DNA of 64,000 nucleotides from Nostoc sp. (GTDB lineage Bacteria; Cyanobacteriota; Cyanobacteriia; Cyanobacteriales; Nostocaceae): NCBI RefSeq assembly GCF_036919615.1, contig NZ_JBALCN010000088.1, positions 60,226 to 124,225 of the forward strand, read 5' to 3'. Shown piece by piece: positions 62,232 to 64,000 of this stretch (position 1 is its first letter; each line of letters starts with the position of its first letter). The notes under the pieces were generated by a model. It saw only the letters and a program-made list of their open reading frames with translations, ran no database searches and was not told where the DNA came from. The position numbers and the translations under genes were made by a program.

Positions 62232-64000
62232 ATGATTGCTGCTGTTGTTCGACCTCTGAATTTGGTAATTGGTTTGCTGCTATGTTGTTGTTTCTTGCTT
62301 ACAAGCTGTCACCCGACACAGATGAAAAGCAAAGCATCTCAGGTAGCTCAATTAGTTCTAGTTTCGCTAAATGACCCGACTACTTTTAACTTTGCGATTA
62401 ATGATTCTCCATACAGTGTTTTTTCTTTAATTTACAAGGGATTGATCGATGAGAATGTTATAACTACTAAGTTGGAGCCGGCACTGGCAGAATCTTGGTC
62501 AATATCTGCTGATCAAAAGCGAATTATTTTTACCTTAAAAACAGGGTTGAAATGGTCAGATGGTGAACCTCTCACAGCAGATGATGTAGTCTTTACCTAT
62601 CGAGACATTTATCTGAATAAAAAAATTCCCACTTTATATAGAGATTTTTTGCGTATTGGCAACACAGAAACTTTCCCGTCAGTGCAGAAACTAGATGATC
62701 TGCGAGTTGAGTTTACTTTTGTGGAACCTTTTGCCCCTTTTTTGAGATACGCTGAAAAACTAGCAATTTTGCCAGCTCATGCCTTGCGTGCTTCTGTACT
62801 ATCCAATGATGCCAATGGTAATCCTCAGTTTCTCTCAATGTGGGGAACCAATACCGATCCGCAAAAAATCATCTGCAATGGGCCTTACCAAATAGAAAGC
62901 TATACTCCTGCTGAACGGGTAATTTTACGACGCAACCCCTATTACTGGCGCAAAGATGTTCAAAGAAATCCTCAGCCTTATATTCAACGAATTGTCTGGC
63001 AAATTATTTCTTCTACAGAAAATCAGTTAGTGAGATTTCGCTCAGGGGAACTGGATACTTTGAATGTGACACCAGCAGTATTTGGGTTACTCAAGAAAGA
63101 GGAAAAGCGAGGAAAATTCATTATTTACAATGGTGGGCCGACTGAGGGTTTTAGCCTTATGGGTTTTAATCTCAACCGAGCTATTAATTCCAAAGGTAAG
63201 CCTTTTATAGACCCGATCAAATCTCGGTGGTTTAATAACTTAGTTTTTAGGCAAGCAGTTGCCTATGCCATTGATCGCAACCGAATTAAAACTAATATCT
63301 ATCGCGGTTTAGGTGAAATACAACATTCGCCAATTGCTGTTCAAAGTCCCTATTACTTGTCCCCAGCAGCAGGGTTAAAAGTTTATGATTATAATCCCCA
63401 GAGAGCTAGGCAGATGTTGTTAGAGGCTGGTTTTAAGTACAACTCCCAAAAAGAACTGTTAGACCAAGATGGAAATCGGGTACAATTCAATCTTTTAGTG
63501 AAATCAGAAGAGCAATCAAGAATCGATGCCGCAGTTCAAATCCAACAAGACCTCAGTCAAATTGGTATCAAAGCAGATATGCAGGTAGTCAGTTTTAACA
63601 TAGTATTGCAAAAGCTACTCTCTCGTCGAGATTGGGATTGTTATGTCGGTGCGTTTGGTGTTCCCGGTGCAGATGTTGAACCTAATCTTCTATCTTTATT
63701 TTGGACTAGTCAAGGCTCATTTCATCAGTTTAACCAAGGTGCTCTACCAGGAAAACCCCCATTGCAAGGATGGGTAGTTTCTGAATGGGAGAAAGAAATT
63801 GACAGTCTTTTCCGCGCCGGATTTAAAGAACTAGATCAGAGCAAGCGTAAGGCGATTTATGACAGATTTCAGCAAATCGTTGCAGAACAGTTGCCCATAT
63901 TCTGCCTTGTGAATCCAATCTCGTTTGAGGCGGTGCGTGAACGTGTCAATCCCATCAAGTTTTCTGCCTTGGGGCAAACTTTTTGGAATATTGATGAACT
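62232..64000 (+). CDS. ABC transporter substrate-binding lipoprotein, family 5 (DppA/OppA-like); runs off the right edge
   Basis: GGAG RBS, ATG 62232, lipobox LTSC, EPALAESW...GLKWSDGEPLTADDVVFTY, CNGPY. Confidence 0.93.
   Translation, partial: MIAAVVRPLNLVIGLLLCCCFLLTSCHPTQMKSKASQVAQLVLVSLNDPTTFNFAINDSPYSVFSLIYKGLIDENVITTKLEPALAESWSISADQKRIIFTLKTGLKWSDGEPLTADDVVFTYRDIYLNKKIPTLYRDFLRIGNTETFPSVQKLDDLRVEFTFVEPFAPFLRYAEKLAILPAHALRASVLSNDANGNPQFLSMWGTNTDPQKIICNGPYQIESYTPAERVILRRNPYYWRKDVQRNPQPYIQRIVWQIISSTENQLVRFRSGELDTLNVTPAVFGLLKKEEKRGKFIIYNGGPTEGFSLMGFNLNRAINSKGKPFIDPIKSRWFNNLVFRQAVAYAIDRNRIKTNIYRGLGEIQHSPIAVQSPYYLSPAAGLKVYDYNPQRARQMLLEAGFKYNSQKELLDQDGNRVQFNLLVKSEEQSRIDAAVQIQQDLSQIGIKADMQVVSFNIVLQKLLSRRDWDCYVGAFGVPGADVEPNLLSLFWTSQGSFHQFNQGALPGKPPLQGWVVSEWEKEIDSLFRAGFKELDQSKRKAIYDRFQQIVAEQLPIFCLVNPISFEAVRERVNPIKFSALGQTFWNIDE

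Noticed and set aside
1-64000. rRNA, tRNA, tmRNA, cas genes, integrases, full-length transposases
   Set aside because: None were recognised on either strand by manual reading; a tRNAscan/Infernal run would be needed to exclude small RNAs.

Overview
Chromosomal window from a heterocyst-forming cyanobacterium, very likely Nostoc. The evidence is frequent HIP1 GCGATCGC octamers, heptameric STRR repeats, a split rpoC1/rpoC2, petG, cytM, an hli gene and ndhH. A housekeeping backbone (ald, rsmD, hisH, panE, rpoB-rpoC1-rpoC2, tatD, rpsT, hisD, hslO, ndhH, rsmH) is interleaved with decaying accessory DNA. That DNA includes an orphan degenerate type I-D-like CRISPR mini-array, many MITEs and 21-nt insertions in HIP1 sites (one set nested like a Russian doll), and several pseudogenes. 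It also holds a defence-like locus: an intact PLD-nuclease/SNF2-helicase fusion plus an Eco57I-like adenine methyltransferase split by one in-frame TAA and apparently once fused to a Schlafen/AlbA_2 domain. The most striking candidate is 37062-39003. It looks like an IS200/IS605-derived element whose transposase and most of tnpB are replaced by a passenger SGNH-hydrolase gene, while both end hairpins and the tnpB 3' tail (the omega/reRNA region) are kept. Also noted are a double-glycine-leader Gly-rich peptide and an unlisted 31-aa membrane microprotein. No rRNA or tRNA genes were recognised. All assignments come from motif reading and recall; no searches were run.
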